Positions 1 through 8,840 of a stretch of DNA of 64,000 nt are shown here, piece by piece (the first letter of the stretch is position 1; each line of letters starts with the position of its first letter). Source of the DNA: Gammaproteobacteria bacterium (lineage in GTDB: Bacteria > Pseudomonadota > Gammaproteobacteria > Eutrophobiales > Eutrophobiaceae); contig CAXMWX010000003.1 in the NCBI GenBank assembly GCA_963422205.2, positions 1 to 64,000 on the forward strand, in the 5' to 3' direction. The notes under the pieces are model-generated. The model saw only the letters and a list, made by a program, of their open reading frames with translations, was not told where the DNA came from and ran no database searches. A program made the position numbers and the translations under genes.

Positions 1-2
1 TG

Positions 3-1328
3 GCTACCCTGGCGCAACTCAAGGCCGAGCTGGATGGCCTGGAAACTGATGCGCGGGACAGGTTGCTACAGGAGGTGTTCGACACCGAGGGCAAGCGGGC
101 GATCGTGCCCTTGATTGACAAGCTGGATGCGCTAAAAGACAGCTATCAAGAGGTGGCCCGTGCCGGGCAATCCAATCTGGTGGATGAGGAGTATGAGCGC
201 TTTTTAGAGAGTGCCTCAGGGCAATGGACGACACTGAAACAGAACATTGGCCAGGTGGGGGTAGTGTTTGCCAATACCCTGCTACCTGTCGTGGGACGGC
301 TGTCATCCGGCGCAGCTATAGCTGCTGGGTGGGTGTCCACCCTCATTGAGCGTTTCCCGATCATTGGCAAGGCCCTTGGCACGATTGGTGTGGCCTTTGC
401 AAGTGTGGGGGCGGTGATGGCGGGATGGACAGCGGGCATCTGGGCTGTCAATGCTGCGATGCTGGCCAACCCCATCGGCTTGGTCATTGCGGGCGTGGCG
501 GGGCTGGGCGCTGTCCTCTATACCCTGCTTAGCCGAGCAGAGCCGGTCAAGACCTTCCTGGGCGGCATGTGGGAGGGCTTCATGGACGGTATCTCACCCG
601 TCCTGAATGCCTTCGGCCAGGTCTTTGGCTGGTTAGGGAGCCTGGCAGGTGGCTTGGCCGAGGCCACGGGCGGCCTGGGCGACTTCTCCAATGCCGGTCG
701 CCTGGTCGGGGAAGTCATCGGTCGGTCTTTTGGCATCCTGGGCACGATTATCGGCCTGCTCTTACGGGCTCTGGCCGGTCTTGGCACCGTGCTCATCGGC
801 GTGGGGAAACTGGTCGGGCGCGCCCTCTGGTTTCCCTTTCAGGCCATTCTCAAAACGGTCGGCCTGCTCTTTCGAGGTGTGGCCGGTTTGGGCAAGGTCA
901 TTATCGGTATTGGCAAGCTGATAGGGAGCGCTTTGTCAGTCCCCTTGAAGGCCGCAGCAGTACCGCTCAAGGCCATCGGCTCGGTCGTCGGGTTCTTCAA
1001 GGGCGGTGAAGATGACGAACAGGCCGCCCCGGGGAAACCGAAGCCGACAGTCAGCATCAAGCCCGTGGCACTGGCCGCCACCGTCGCGGCCGCACCCGTC
1101 GCCGCGCAGCCCGTCGATGTGCCCCTGCCTGCGGTGCCAGCCCCGCAAGCCCGGCAGGTGCCACACACCGATAATCGCCAGCACCACGACCACAGCACCC
1201 ACAGCTACCAACTCACCATTGCTCAACAGCCCGGCGAAGATGCCGCCGCCCTGACCGAGCGCATCCTGACCGAGCTCGAACAGCGCCGGCAACAGAGCCA
1301 GCGGGAAGGACTGCACGATGCCCTCTAG
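3..1328 (+). CDS. Phage tail tape measure protein (5' partial)
   Basis: Frame open from window start; Gly/Ala-rich amphipathic repeats, 'NAAMLANPIGLVIAGVA' motif; lies directly upstream of GpU. Confidence 0.9.
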   Translation, partial: ATLAQLKAELDGLETDARDRLLQEVFDTEGKRAIVPLIDKLDALKDSYQEVARAGQSNLVDEEYERFLESASGQWTTLKQNIGQVGVVFANTLLPVVGRLSSGAAIAAGWVSTLIERFPIIGKALGTIGVAFASVGAVMAGWTAGIWAVNAAMLANPIGLVIAGVAGLGAVLYTLLSRAEPVKTFLGGMWEGFMDGISPVLNAFGQVFGWLGSLAGGLAEATGGLGDFSNAGRLVGEVIGRSFGILGTIIGLLLRALAGLGTVLIGVGKLVGRALWFPFQAILKTVGLLFRGVAGLGKVIIGIGKLIGSALSVPLKAAAVPLKAIGSVVGFFKGGEDDEQAAPGKPKPTVSIKPVALAATVAAAPVAAQPVDVPLPAVPAPQARQVPHTDNRQHHDHSTHSYQLTIAQQPGEDAAALTERILTELEQRRQQSQREGLHDAL

Positions 1329-1740
1329 CTATCTGATGAAACTGGGGGACTATCTGTTCTCTATCGATACGGCCGCCTACCAGCAGCTACAGAAGCGCAG
1401 TACCTACCGCTGGCAAGCACAAGCCCGACTCGGCCGTCTGCCTGCCCAGCAATACCTGGGGCCGGGAGAAGAGACCTTGAGCCTGGAAGGCATCCTCTAT
1501 CCGCACCACAAGGGCGGCCTTGACCAGCTTGAGGCCATGCGTCTTGAAGCAGACAAGGGGCAACCCTTGCTGCTCACCGATGGGATGGGGCACATCTGGC
1601 AGCAATGGGTGATTAGGCAGATAGAGGAGACCCATACTGTGCTGTTTGAGGACGGCACCCCCCGCAAGCTAACGTTCCGCCTGCAACTCACCCGCTACGG
1701 CACGGAAAAGGAGGGCAGCCTTGCGCTACCGAAGCCGTGA
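1318..1740 (+). CDS. Phage tail protein, P2 GpU family
   Basis: 'LMKLGDYLFSIDTAAYQ...RWQAQARLGRLPAQQYLGPGEETLSLEG' GpU signature. Confidence 0.9.
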   Translation: MPSSYLMKLGDYLFSIDTAAYQQLQKRSTYRWQAQARLGRLPAQQYLGPGEETLSLEGILYPHHKGGLDQLEAMRLEADKGQPLLLTDGMGHIWQQWVIRQIEETHTVLFEDGTPRKLTFRLQLTRYGTEKEGSLALPKP

Positions 1741-1927
1741 CGGCGATGTCCTGGATGCCATCTGCCAAGCGCATTATGGCCAGCAGGCCGGGACTGTGGA
1801 AGCCGTGCTCACCGCCAATCCGGGTCTGGCAGGACAAGGCCCCGTGCTGCCTGCCGGAATCGTCATTGTCCTGCCGTCTCTGCCGGCGTCCGACAAGACC
1901 ATGCAAACTATCAGGCTGTGGGATTGA
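1721..1927 (+). CDS. Phage tail protein X (P2 GpX, LysM-like)
   Basis: 'YRSRDGDVLDAIC...VEAVLTANPGLA...IRLWD'; TTG start after GAGG. Confidence 0.9.
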   Translation: MRYRSRDGDVLDAICQAHYGQQAGTVEAVLTANPGLAGQGPVLPAGIVIVLPSLPASDKTMQTIRLWD

Positions 1928-1957
1928 TGTCTGTCTTCCGTCCTCTGTCCTCTGATA

Positions 1958-2929
1958 ATGACCCCCGCCTATAACATCCTCGCCGACCATCAGGACATCA
2001 CATCTGCCATACGGGACAGACTGCTGTCTCTTACACTGACCGATAAGGCCGGTATGAAAAGTGATACGGTAGAACTGCGCCTCGATGATCGGGACGGACA
2101 TGTCGCACTGCCCAGAAAAGGGGCTGAGCTGAACGTCTCCCTCGGCTATGAGCAGGCGCTGGTCAAGATGGGTTTGTATGTGGTGGATGAGCTGGAACTC
2201 AGCTCACCCCCGGCGACAATGGTTATCCGTGCCAAGGCCGCCAATATGCGTGCCAGCCTGAAAGCACACAAGACCCGCGCCTTCGATAAGACGACCTTAG
2301 GCACAGTGGTCAAGACCCTCGCCGCCGAGCATGGCTTGGAAGCCCGGGTGGGCGATGCCCTTGCCGACATGAGCCTTAGCCATCTCGACCAGACCGAAGA
2401 GTCCGACTTGCACCTCTTAACCCGTCTGGCCAGGCAATATGACGCCGTGGCCAAGCCTGCCGGTGGGTACCTCTTGTTCGTGCCCAGGGGCGAAGCCAAA
2501 AGCGCCAGCGGTAAGACCCTGCCGGACATTGCCTTAGGCCCCCACCAGGTAAGCGACTACCGCGTGACCCTGGCCGATAGAGACAAGTATGGGGCCGTGA
2601 TTGCCAAGTGGCATAACACGACCAGCGGTGAACATACCGAGATCAAAACAGGTGAGGGCAAGCCCATCTACACCCTGCGCCACACCTACCCGGATGCCGA
2701 GACTGCCAGCGCCGCTGCCAGGGCCAGGCTGGACACCTTAAACCGAGGCCAGGCAAAGATCAGCCTGACCGTGACCCCCGGCAATCCGTATCTGGCCGCC
2801 GAAGCCAAACTCACCCTGACCGGCTTTCGGGATGGCATCAATGGCCACTGGATAGCGACCCAGGTTGACCATGCACTCAGCAACAATGGCTATGCCACCC
2901 GCGTACAGGCCGAGATACCCAAACGATAA
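1958..2929 (+). CDS. Phage late control D (GpD) baseplate hub protein
   Basis: 'DRLLSLTLTD...SDTVELRLDDRDG', 'DQTEESDLHLLTRLA' motifs; canonical position. Confidence 0.92.
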   Translation: MTPAYNILADHQDITSAIRDRLLSLTLTDKAGMKSDTVELRLDDRDGHVALPRKGAELNVSLGYEQALVKMGLYVVDELELSSPPATMVIRAKAANMRASLKAHKTRAFDKTTLGTVVKTLAAEHGLEARVGDALADMSLSHLDQTEESDLHLLTRLARQYDAVAKPAGGYLLFVPRGEAKSASGKTLPDIALGPHQVSDYRVTLADRDKYGAVIAKWHNTTSGEHTEIKTGEGKPIYTLRHTYPDAETASAAARARLDTLNRGQAKISLTVTPGNPYLAAEAKLTLTGFRDGINGHWIATQVDHALSNNGYATRVQAEIPKR

Positions 2930-2975
2930 GGGAGGGAAGGCACATGACAACATAAACAAGATAGCACAAAGATAA

Positions 2976-3090
2976 AGAGGAGCGACCGGCAAGGTGTTAG
3001 CCCACCCCACCGGCCAGCGAATCACTGATAAGACCAGTGAGCCACCTAAAGCCCCCCTGCCACGTACGCGGCGAGGGGGAGCGTAACAGA
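2976..3090 (+). promoter_or_regulatory. Candidate structured leader RNA upstream of the phage methylase
   Basis: Three hairpins: ccgg/ggtg..cacc/ccgg (2986-3013), tcactg/cagtga (3022-3040), ccccct-gcc..ggc-aggggg (3053-3079). Confidence 0.5.
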
Positions 3091-3222
3091 AAGTAGACAA
3101 GAGGATAAGCTCACATGAACACAACCGCCGAAGCCGTCAAACCCGTTGCCCCCTATGTGGGCGGCAAAATACTACTGGCCAAGACCATCATCAGTCGCAT
3201 TGAGGCCATCCCCCACACCTGC

Positions 3223-3270
3223 TCGGCTCTGGCTTCCTGCTTCGCTCTACCGATGACATCCCTGTCATCG
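3223..3270 (+). repeat. 48-nt palindromic insertion element (in frame)
   Basis: Separates PHTC from YAEPF; ends in perfect hairpin CGATGACA-tccc-TGTCATCG; TCG at both ends. Confidence 0.7.
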
Positions 3271-3291
3271 TATGCTGAACCCTTTATCGGC

Positions 3292-3340
3292 ACCGGTTTT
3301 TGCTGCTGCAAAATCGGCATACCGTACATCCCTGTACATA
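3292..3340 (+). repeat. 49-nt palindromic insertion element (frameshifting)
   Basis: Separates FIG from MGG; hairpins ccggtttttgc/gcaaaatcgg and GTACA-tccc-TGTAC; shares ACATCCCTGT with the first insertion. Confidence 0.7.
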
Positions 3341-4065
3341 ATGGGCGGGATATTCTTAAGACGACCTGAGCGAGCAAAAAGTGAAGTCATCAACGACTAC
3401 AACCGGGAGGTATCGAACTTCTTTCGTATCCTGCAACGCCATTATGTCGCCTTTATGGAGATGATGCGCTTCCAGATCACCACAAGAGCCGAGTTCGAAC
3501 GCTTAACCCGAACAGCCCCTGAGACCCTGACCGACCTGGAACGTGCTGCTCGCTTCCTGTACTTACAGCGCACCGCCTTCAGTGGTAAACCCTCCGGACA
3601 GAATTTTGCTACAGATAAAGTCCACCCCGCCCGCTTTGACATCACCAAGCTGGCGCCCATGCTCGAAGATCTCCATAGCCGCTTAACCCGTGTCGTGATT
3701 GAATGCCTGCCCTACCAGGACTTCATAAGACGCTATGATGGCGATGAGACCCTGTTCTACCTTGACCCACCGTATTACCGCTGTGAACACTACTATGGCA
3801 AAGACCTGTTCCACCGGGACGACTTCGTCACCTTGAGTGAACTGCTGGGCGAGATAAAAGGCCGGTTCATCCTCTCACTGAACGATGTGCCGGAGATAAG
3901 AGAGCTGTTCAAGAGCTTCCACATCGAGGCCATCAAGACCCACTACTCAGTGAATAAAGGCAAACGGAAAGAAGCAGGCGAAGTGCTGATCAGCAACTGA
4001 TTCAGGCCGCATTTAACGGCTATTTAATAACCGATTTTAAGGGCTATTAAACCGGTAATAAATTC

Positions 4066-4149
4066 CTGACTCAAAATGAGCGTTAATCGGCAATAAAATG
4101 CTGACTCAAAATGATTGTTATTTTGTCTCGAAATGAACGTCACGCTACA
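4066..4149. repeat. Putative transposase-binding repeats and terminus of the element's right end
   Basis: CTGACTCAAAATGA at 4066 and 4101, TTGTCTCGAAATGA at 4123, terminal CA at 4148-4149 (TGT on the minus strand). Confidence 0.7.
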
Positions 4150-4899
4150 CGCATTGTATTAATTACCGGAGGAATGGGGGCCATCGGGCGTATTATGGCT
4201 CATGCTTTTTTGCGACATGGTGCGAAAGTTGCAATCAATGATGTAAATGATATAAAAAATGCTGGGAAGGAAGTTTTATTTGATCAAAAAATAAAATACT
4301 TCCAGGCTGACATAACAGATGAACAGGAAGTTATCCGTTTGTTTGATAACGTGACTGAGGAGTTTGGTGTCCCTAACGTGGTTTGTTGTCATGCTGGCAT
4401 TGTTGAGGTATTTGCTTACCATGACTATCCGTTGGCATCGTTTAATAAGGTCATGGATGTTAATCTGAAGGGATCCTTTATTGTCAGTCGTGAAGCCGCA
4501 AGAAGGTTGCAGGGAAAATGCCGAGAGAATAATCTTGGTCGTATTATTTTTACATCATCCTGGGTTCAGGATGTCCCCTGGCCGAGCATCTCCGCATACA
4601 GCGCAAGCAAGAGTGCGATCAACATGCTGATGCGCTCGCTTGCCCGCGAAATTGCAGATCAACATATACGAGTAAACAGTATTGCCCCCGGCATTGTAGC
4701 AGTGGGCATGGCCAAGCACCAATGGGATACAGAAGAGGATTATCGCACACGCGCAGAGAAAGCTATTCCCCTTGGCTTTATGCAGCCGCCTGAAACTGTT
4801 GCAGACGCTATGATTTTTCTGGCCAGCGATGCATCCGCATATATCACAGGTTCAACCCTGCTCGTGGATGGGGGCTGTAGTCTGTATCCTATGGATTAG
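4111..4899 (+). CDS. SDR-family oxidoreductase (native 5' end probably displaced by the prophage)
   Basis: 'VLITGGMGAIG', 'YSASK', 'IRVNSIAPG', 'YITGSTLLVDGG'; first 13 codons lie inside the prophage end. Confidence 0.85.
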   Translation: MIVILSRNERHATRIVLITGGMGAIGRIMAHAFLRHGAKVAINDVNDIKNAGKEVLFDQKIKYFQADITDEQEVIRLFDNVTEEFGVPNVVCCHAGIVEVFAYHDYPLASFNKVMDVNLKGSFIVSREAARRLQGKCRENNLGRIIFTSSWVQDVPWPSISAYSASKSAINMLMRSLAREIADQHIRVNSIAPGIVAVGMAKHQWDTEEDYRTRAEKAIPLGFMQPPETVADAMIFLASDASAYITGSTLLVDGGCSLYPMD

Positions 4900-4925
4900 T
4901 CAAGCTGAACACATGGGCGAGCAAA

Positions 4926-5063
4926 ATGATCTCCCCGACAGGCAATCATGCGGTGGTTCGTATGGATACGGAGGCGGGCATCAGTGGTTGGGGTAATTCA
5001 GCAGTTCACGCCCAAGACCTGCTAGGCCATTGTGGGGACATTCGTCTTTCAAGTAGTAGATAA
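4926..5063 (+). pseudogene. Possible remnant of an enolase-superfamily (mandelate racemase/dehydratase) gene
   Basis: 45-aa frame containing 'VVRMDTEAGISGWG', like the N-terminal 'VKIETDxGIxGWGE' motif; follows the SDR. Confidence 0.4.
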
Positions 5064-5237
5064 GGCAAAGCGAAGGGTCAACTTGAGCATTAACTACTCA
5101 CCTTAATTGCAGGCCAAGATTCAACGGCTCGTAAATTATTCATGCCTTCACCAGTCGCACACCCGCCAGGCCACCTCACCAATCAGGGCAAATATCGTAC
5201 TAACGGAATTGAGAAAGCATGAGCAGAAACGTGGTGC

Positions 5238-6869
5238 TTAACTGCTACAGTCCGGCAATACGTAGCCCTCAAATTGCTCTCGCAGTTGTGATTTCTGTAT
5301 CTTGCCGGTGGCGGTGTGGGGGATGCGGTCGACAAAGATCACCGCATCAGGCAGCCACCACTTCGCCACCTTGTCTGTCAGAAAATCCAGCAGGTCAGCT
5401 TGAGTCAATGCCGCCTCTGCCACCACGATGAGCAGGGGGCGCTCTCCCCATTGCGGATGATGCACACCGATAACGGCGGCCTCAAGCACATCGGGATGCG
5501 CCACCGCGGCGTTCTCCAGCGCAATGGAGCTGATCCATTCGCCGCCAGACTTGATAACATCTTTCGCCCGGTCGGTGAGTTGCAAATACCCTTCCGCATC
5601 AATATGTCCGACATCGCCCGTGCAAAACCAGCCCGCCGCATCGTGCGCCTCACTCGCCTCCTGCTTGTAGTAGCCACAGCAAACCGTCGGCCCGCGCACT
5701 TTCAACAGCCCGGTCGAGCGGCCATCGCGCGGCAGGGTATTATCATCCTCATCGACAATCTTCATGCTCACGCCATACATCGCCCGGCCCTGCTTGATGC
5801 GGATGGCGTCCTGCTCGGCCTGCGCCAAGCGGCGCATGGACGGCTTTAAGGTGTTGGTCGTGCCGAGCGGGCTCATCTCCGTCATGCCCCAGGCGTGCGC
5901 CACGACTACCCCATATCGCTGCTCGAACTCGTGCATCATGGACAGCGGGCAGGCCGAACCGCCCACCATGACTTTTTTCAGGCTGGGCACTTGCTCGTTG
6001 TTATTGGCCAGGTAGCGCAGCAAACCCGCCCAGATAGTTGGCACGCCAGCACAGAGGCTCACCCCTTCCTCCTGTATCAGCCTGCACAGGGTCTGCCCAT
6101 CGCCCATCTTCGGCCCCGGCATGACCAGCTTCGCCCCGCACATCGGCGCGCTGTAACTCAATCCCCAGGCATTGACATGAAACATGGGCACGACCGGCAT
6201 CACCACATCACTGGCGGATAAGCCAAAGACATCGGCGCTGGCTGAGGCCAGGCTGTGCAGCACGGTGGAGCGGTGATGGTAGAGTACGCCTTTGGGATCG
6301 CCAGTGGTGCCAGAGGTATAACACAGACTGGAGGCGGCTCTCTCATCCAGCGCTGGCCAGTCAAACTCCACGGCCTGATCGTGGATGAATGCTTCATACG
6401 AGCAGGTGTTTGCCAGCGTGGTTTCAGGCAGATGGGCATCATCGGTCAGGATGATATACATCTCAACGCTGTCAAGCTGTTGCTGCAATGGGGCTATCAC
6501 CGGAACAATCAGGGGATCAACGAACACCAGGCGATCCTCGGCATGATTGATAATGTAGCTGATCTGCTCCGGGAACAAACGGGGATTGACCGTATGGATG
6601 ATGGCGCCCAGGCAGGATATGGCATAGTACAACTCGATATGACGGTAATCATTCCAGGCCAGTGTGCATAGCCTGTCACCGGGCTGAATACCGTAGTGCA
6701 TCAGCGCATTGGCTAACTGCCGGGTACGTTTGAAGGCATCCTGGTAGCGGTAGCGATGCCAGCGCTCAGCCGCCGTGACAGAGACGATCTCGGCATTCGG
6801 ATGATTGGCATCCGCATGTTGCATGATAGATGTGATAGTCAAGGGGTTATCCATCATTAAGCCGTACAT
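5238..6869 (-). CDS. Medium/long-chain acyl-CoA ligase (AlkK/DmdB-like)
   Basis: '[11 protein letters not shown]', 'AWGMTE', 'TGD', '[16 protein letters not shown]'. Confidence 0.92.
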   Translation of the reverse strand: MYGLMMDNPLTITSIMQHADANHPNAEIVSVTAAERWHRYRYQDAFKRTRQLANALMHYGIQPGDRLCTLAWNDYRHIELYYAISCLGAIIHTVNPRLFPEQISYIINHAEDRLVFVDPLIVPVIAPLQQQLDSVEMYIILTDDAHLPETTLANTCSYEAFIHDQAVEFDWPALDERAASSLCYTSGTTGDPKGVLYHHRSTVLHSLASASADVFGLSASDVVMPVVPMFHVNAWGLSYSAPMCGAKLVMPGPKMGDGQTLCRLIQEEGVSLCAGVPTIWAGLLRYLANNNEQVPSLKKVMVGGSACPLSMMHEFEQRYGVVVAHAWGMTEMSPLGTTNTLKPSMRRLAQAEQDAIRIKQGRAMYGVSMKIVDEDDNTLPRDGRSTGLLKVRGPTVCCGYYKQEASEAHDAAGWFCTGDVGHIDAEGYLQLTDRAKDVIKSGGEWISSIALENAAVAHPDVLEAAVIGVHHPQWGERPLLIVVAEAALTQADLLDFLTDKVAKWWLPDAVIFVDRIPHTATGKIQKSQLREQFEGYVLPDCSS

Positions 6870-7201
6870 ACTTATCCCCCGGTTGCTTTTCTTGCGTATT
6901 GTACAGGCAAATACCCGCTGAGGGTGTGATCTTTGTGGGTTGCAGGCAGGTACAGTATTGGGGATAAGGACAGCTGTTATGCCAACTGTCGCCTGACTGG
7001 CTTAACTGGTGCGCCAGTCATAATTCATTAACATGAGGCCAGCAACATGAGCAGAGTCATCATGAAACGGCATAACCTGAGTAAAAACCTGTCCATGACC
7101 GCCGCCCTGGTGCTGTTGGTCTTTGCATGACATCTGGATAAAGCAGCAAGATAAAGCCACACTGCGGTGGCCTACGTAAAGCGAAGAATAAATTCATGCA
7201 G

Positions 7202-7564
7202 TTATTTCGTTGTTGGCGTATCGGCATTTTCCATTGGTGCTTCACCTGTGGCCCCCTCACCCTGTATTCGCAACTCAAGCTCTTTGAGCGCATCGCTAAT
7301 TGCATCGTAACGTTCTGTTAATTTTTTCCTTTCACTCTTCAATGATTCCTTGTCCTCCTCGTCTAGACCAGGCTGACTTATTTCCATATTTTTCTGCCCT
7401 ATCTGTAACGAGACCATGGTCAGTCTACGAGTTAATTTAGCAATATCAGCCTCTGTCGTATCTTGTATGCCCTCTTGCAGCGCCTTGTTCAGGCCGTACA
7501 TAAATGAACATGTGTTGTGGTATTGAACAACATCGGCCAATGCAGTTGGCAGTGTATATTCCAT
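7202..7564 (-). CDS. Hypothetical coiled-coil protein, possibly a C-terminal fragment
   Basis: 120-aa ORF, lower GC than flanks, heptad-like charged C-terminus; in-frame TGA shortly upstream. Confidence 0.45.
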   Translation of the reverse strand: MEYTLPTALADVVQYHNTCSFMYGLNKALQEGIQDTTEADIAKLTRRLTMVSLQIGQKNMEISQPGLDEEDKESLKSERKKLTERYDAISDALKELELRIQGEGATGEAPMENADTPTTK

Positions 7565-7808
7565 GTATTGCCTGTCATCTCTGGTGCTGTTTCAATCCGA
7601 TACGCATAATTTACTCGCCTTGCCGCCCATGTTGTATATCACGCCAACGTCCACACCACCTTACCCATCACATCCACTTTCCTGGCATATTGACCTCACT
7701 TCTCTAGGCGTAGGCGAACATAATCGGTTTTTCAGTATGATCAGCAATCCGCATCTGCATCCAACACCCCATCTCTTGCCGATGAGGGCGACACGCTGAA
7801 TGGTTTAT

Positions 7809-7893
7809 ATGGACAGCGGGCAGGTCGAGCTGCCCACCATGACTTTTTTCAGGCTCGGCATCTGCTCGTTGTTATCGGCCAGGTAGCGCAGCA
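7809..7893 (-). repeat. 85-nt diverged copy of an internal segment (5938-6022) of the acyl-CoA ligase gene
   Basis: Direct alignment gives 78/85 identical, no gaps. Confidence 0.9.
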
Positions 7894-7907
7894 GTTCAGT
7901 CTCGCCG

Positions 7908-8828
7908 CTACAACTGCCCGAAACGCGTGTAGTAGCTGTGCCTGGGCGCCGACAAGGGGCCGGCTATCGTCTGCATTTCGCTGCTGATGTAGGCCACCGC
8001 CGCCTGCTGCACTGTGCGGTAAATCGTGGCCGTGAGATTGGCCGCTGCTCTGCCTGACCAGTTGACCGGTAGCAATTCATCGGGGAGATCAGTGGCATGC
8101 AGCAGGATGCGTCTGTACTCATGTATCAACAGGGTACGCAGGAGAAAACTCTGCAAAGGCGGCGGCTGTTTTCCGGTGTCAAGGGCACGGGCCACGGGCA
8201 GAAAGCGCTGCATAAACGCCTGATAGCGCTGTTCAATTTGCGGCAGGTTCCAACACTGTCCGGCGAGATTTTGCATGCCCTCCCTGGTTGTCAGTGCGGC
8301 TGTCTTTGCTTCAAAGACAACGACTGTATCGGCTATATCCATCTGCTGCAAGGTAGCATCAACCGACTTCTGATCAGCCGCCGGATGCACATAAACAGAC
8401 GATGACAGGCTGCCAAAGCCCTGCCAGTTAAGCGCTTTTTTTAATGCTTCCCGCTTCTTAACCGGCACGCTGGCGGTGATCAACATCGTCCATTTTTTGT
8501 TCCAGGGCTTTGCACCTGCCGAATAGATACGTCTGGCGGCCTGTTCATAGTGACGGTGGCCTGAGTCGGTCAAACTGTAATAGCTTTTTCGACCGATCTG
8601 CCTGCCCATCAACCAGTCCTCCTGCACCAGGCGATAGACCGCCGTGCGTATTTGTCTTGCATTTATGCCGAAGGGCTGTAGCACAGTAATCAGGTTGCCC
8701 AGCCAGACCGAGTTACCCTGTTGACAGATAGAATCCCCGAATACGCTGATGATCAAAGAGCCAGCACGGAGCGGTTTTCGGTTGGCAAACTCAGCAATCA
8801 GTTTTTCAATCTGCCCGCTGATCGACAT
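7908..8828 (-). CDS. paaX: Phenylacetate catabolism repressor PaaX
   Basis: 'RAGSLIISVFGDSI...VWLGNLI', 'RTLLIHEYRRILL..LPDELLP..W'. Confidence 0.93.
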   Translation of the reverse strand: MSISGQIEKLIAEFANRKPLRAGSLIISVFGDSICQQGNSVWLGNLITVLQPFGINARQIRTAVYRLVQEDWLMGRQIGRKSYYSLTDSGHRHYEQAARRIYSAGAKPWNKKWTMLITASVPVKKREALKKALNWQGFGSLSSSVYVHPAADQKSVDATLQQMDIADTVVVFEAKTAALTTREGMQNLAGQCWNLPQIEQRYQAFMQRFLPVARALDTGKQPPPLQSFLLRTLLIHEYRRILLHATDLPDELLPVNWSGRAAANLTATIYRTVQQAAVAYISSEMQTIAGPLSAPRHSYYTRFGQL

Positions 8829-8840
8829 GGCAGGGACAAG

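Larger units (their letters stand above)
3115..4000 (+). pseudogene. Phage DNA adenine methylase (Dam/D12 class), interrupted by two insertions and frameshifted
   Basis: N-terminal 'PYVGGK' and 'YAEPFIG' in one frame; 'MGGIFLRR...EVIND' and 'FYLDPPYY' in another; insertions at ~3223-3270 and ~3292-3340. Confidence 0.85.
1..4149 (+). mobile_element. Right end of a probably transposable (Mu-like ends) prophage with a P2-like contractile-tail module
   Basis: Co-oriented tape measure, GpU, GpX, GpD and Dam genes; three subterminal repeats and a terminal ...GCTACA at 4149, followed by an abrupt switch to an SDR coding sequence. Confidence 0.75.

Noticed and set aside
3223-3340. Mini-CRISPR array from the two ACATCCCTGT hairpins
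   Set aside because: Only a 10-nt core is shared, the intervening 21 nt is Dam coding sequence, and there are no cas genes.
7150-7210. Possible attC after the 120-aa orphan (stop in AAATAAC)
   Set aside because: No matching L boxes or GTT core at a suitable distance.
5938-7893. Diversity-generating retroelement TR/VR pair suggested by the 85-nt repeat
   Set aside because: Mismatches are not confined to adenines of either copy, the target is mid-gene in a metabolic enzyme, and no reverse transcriptase is present.
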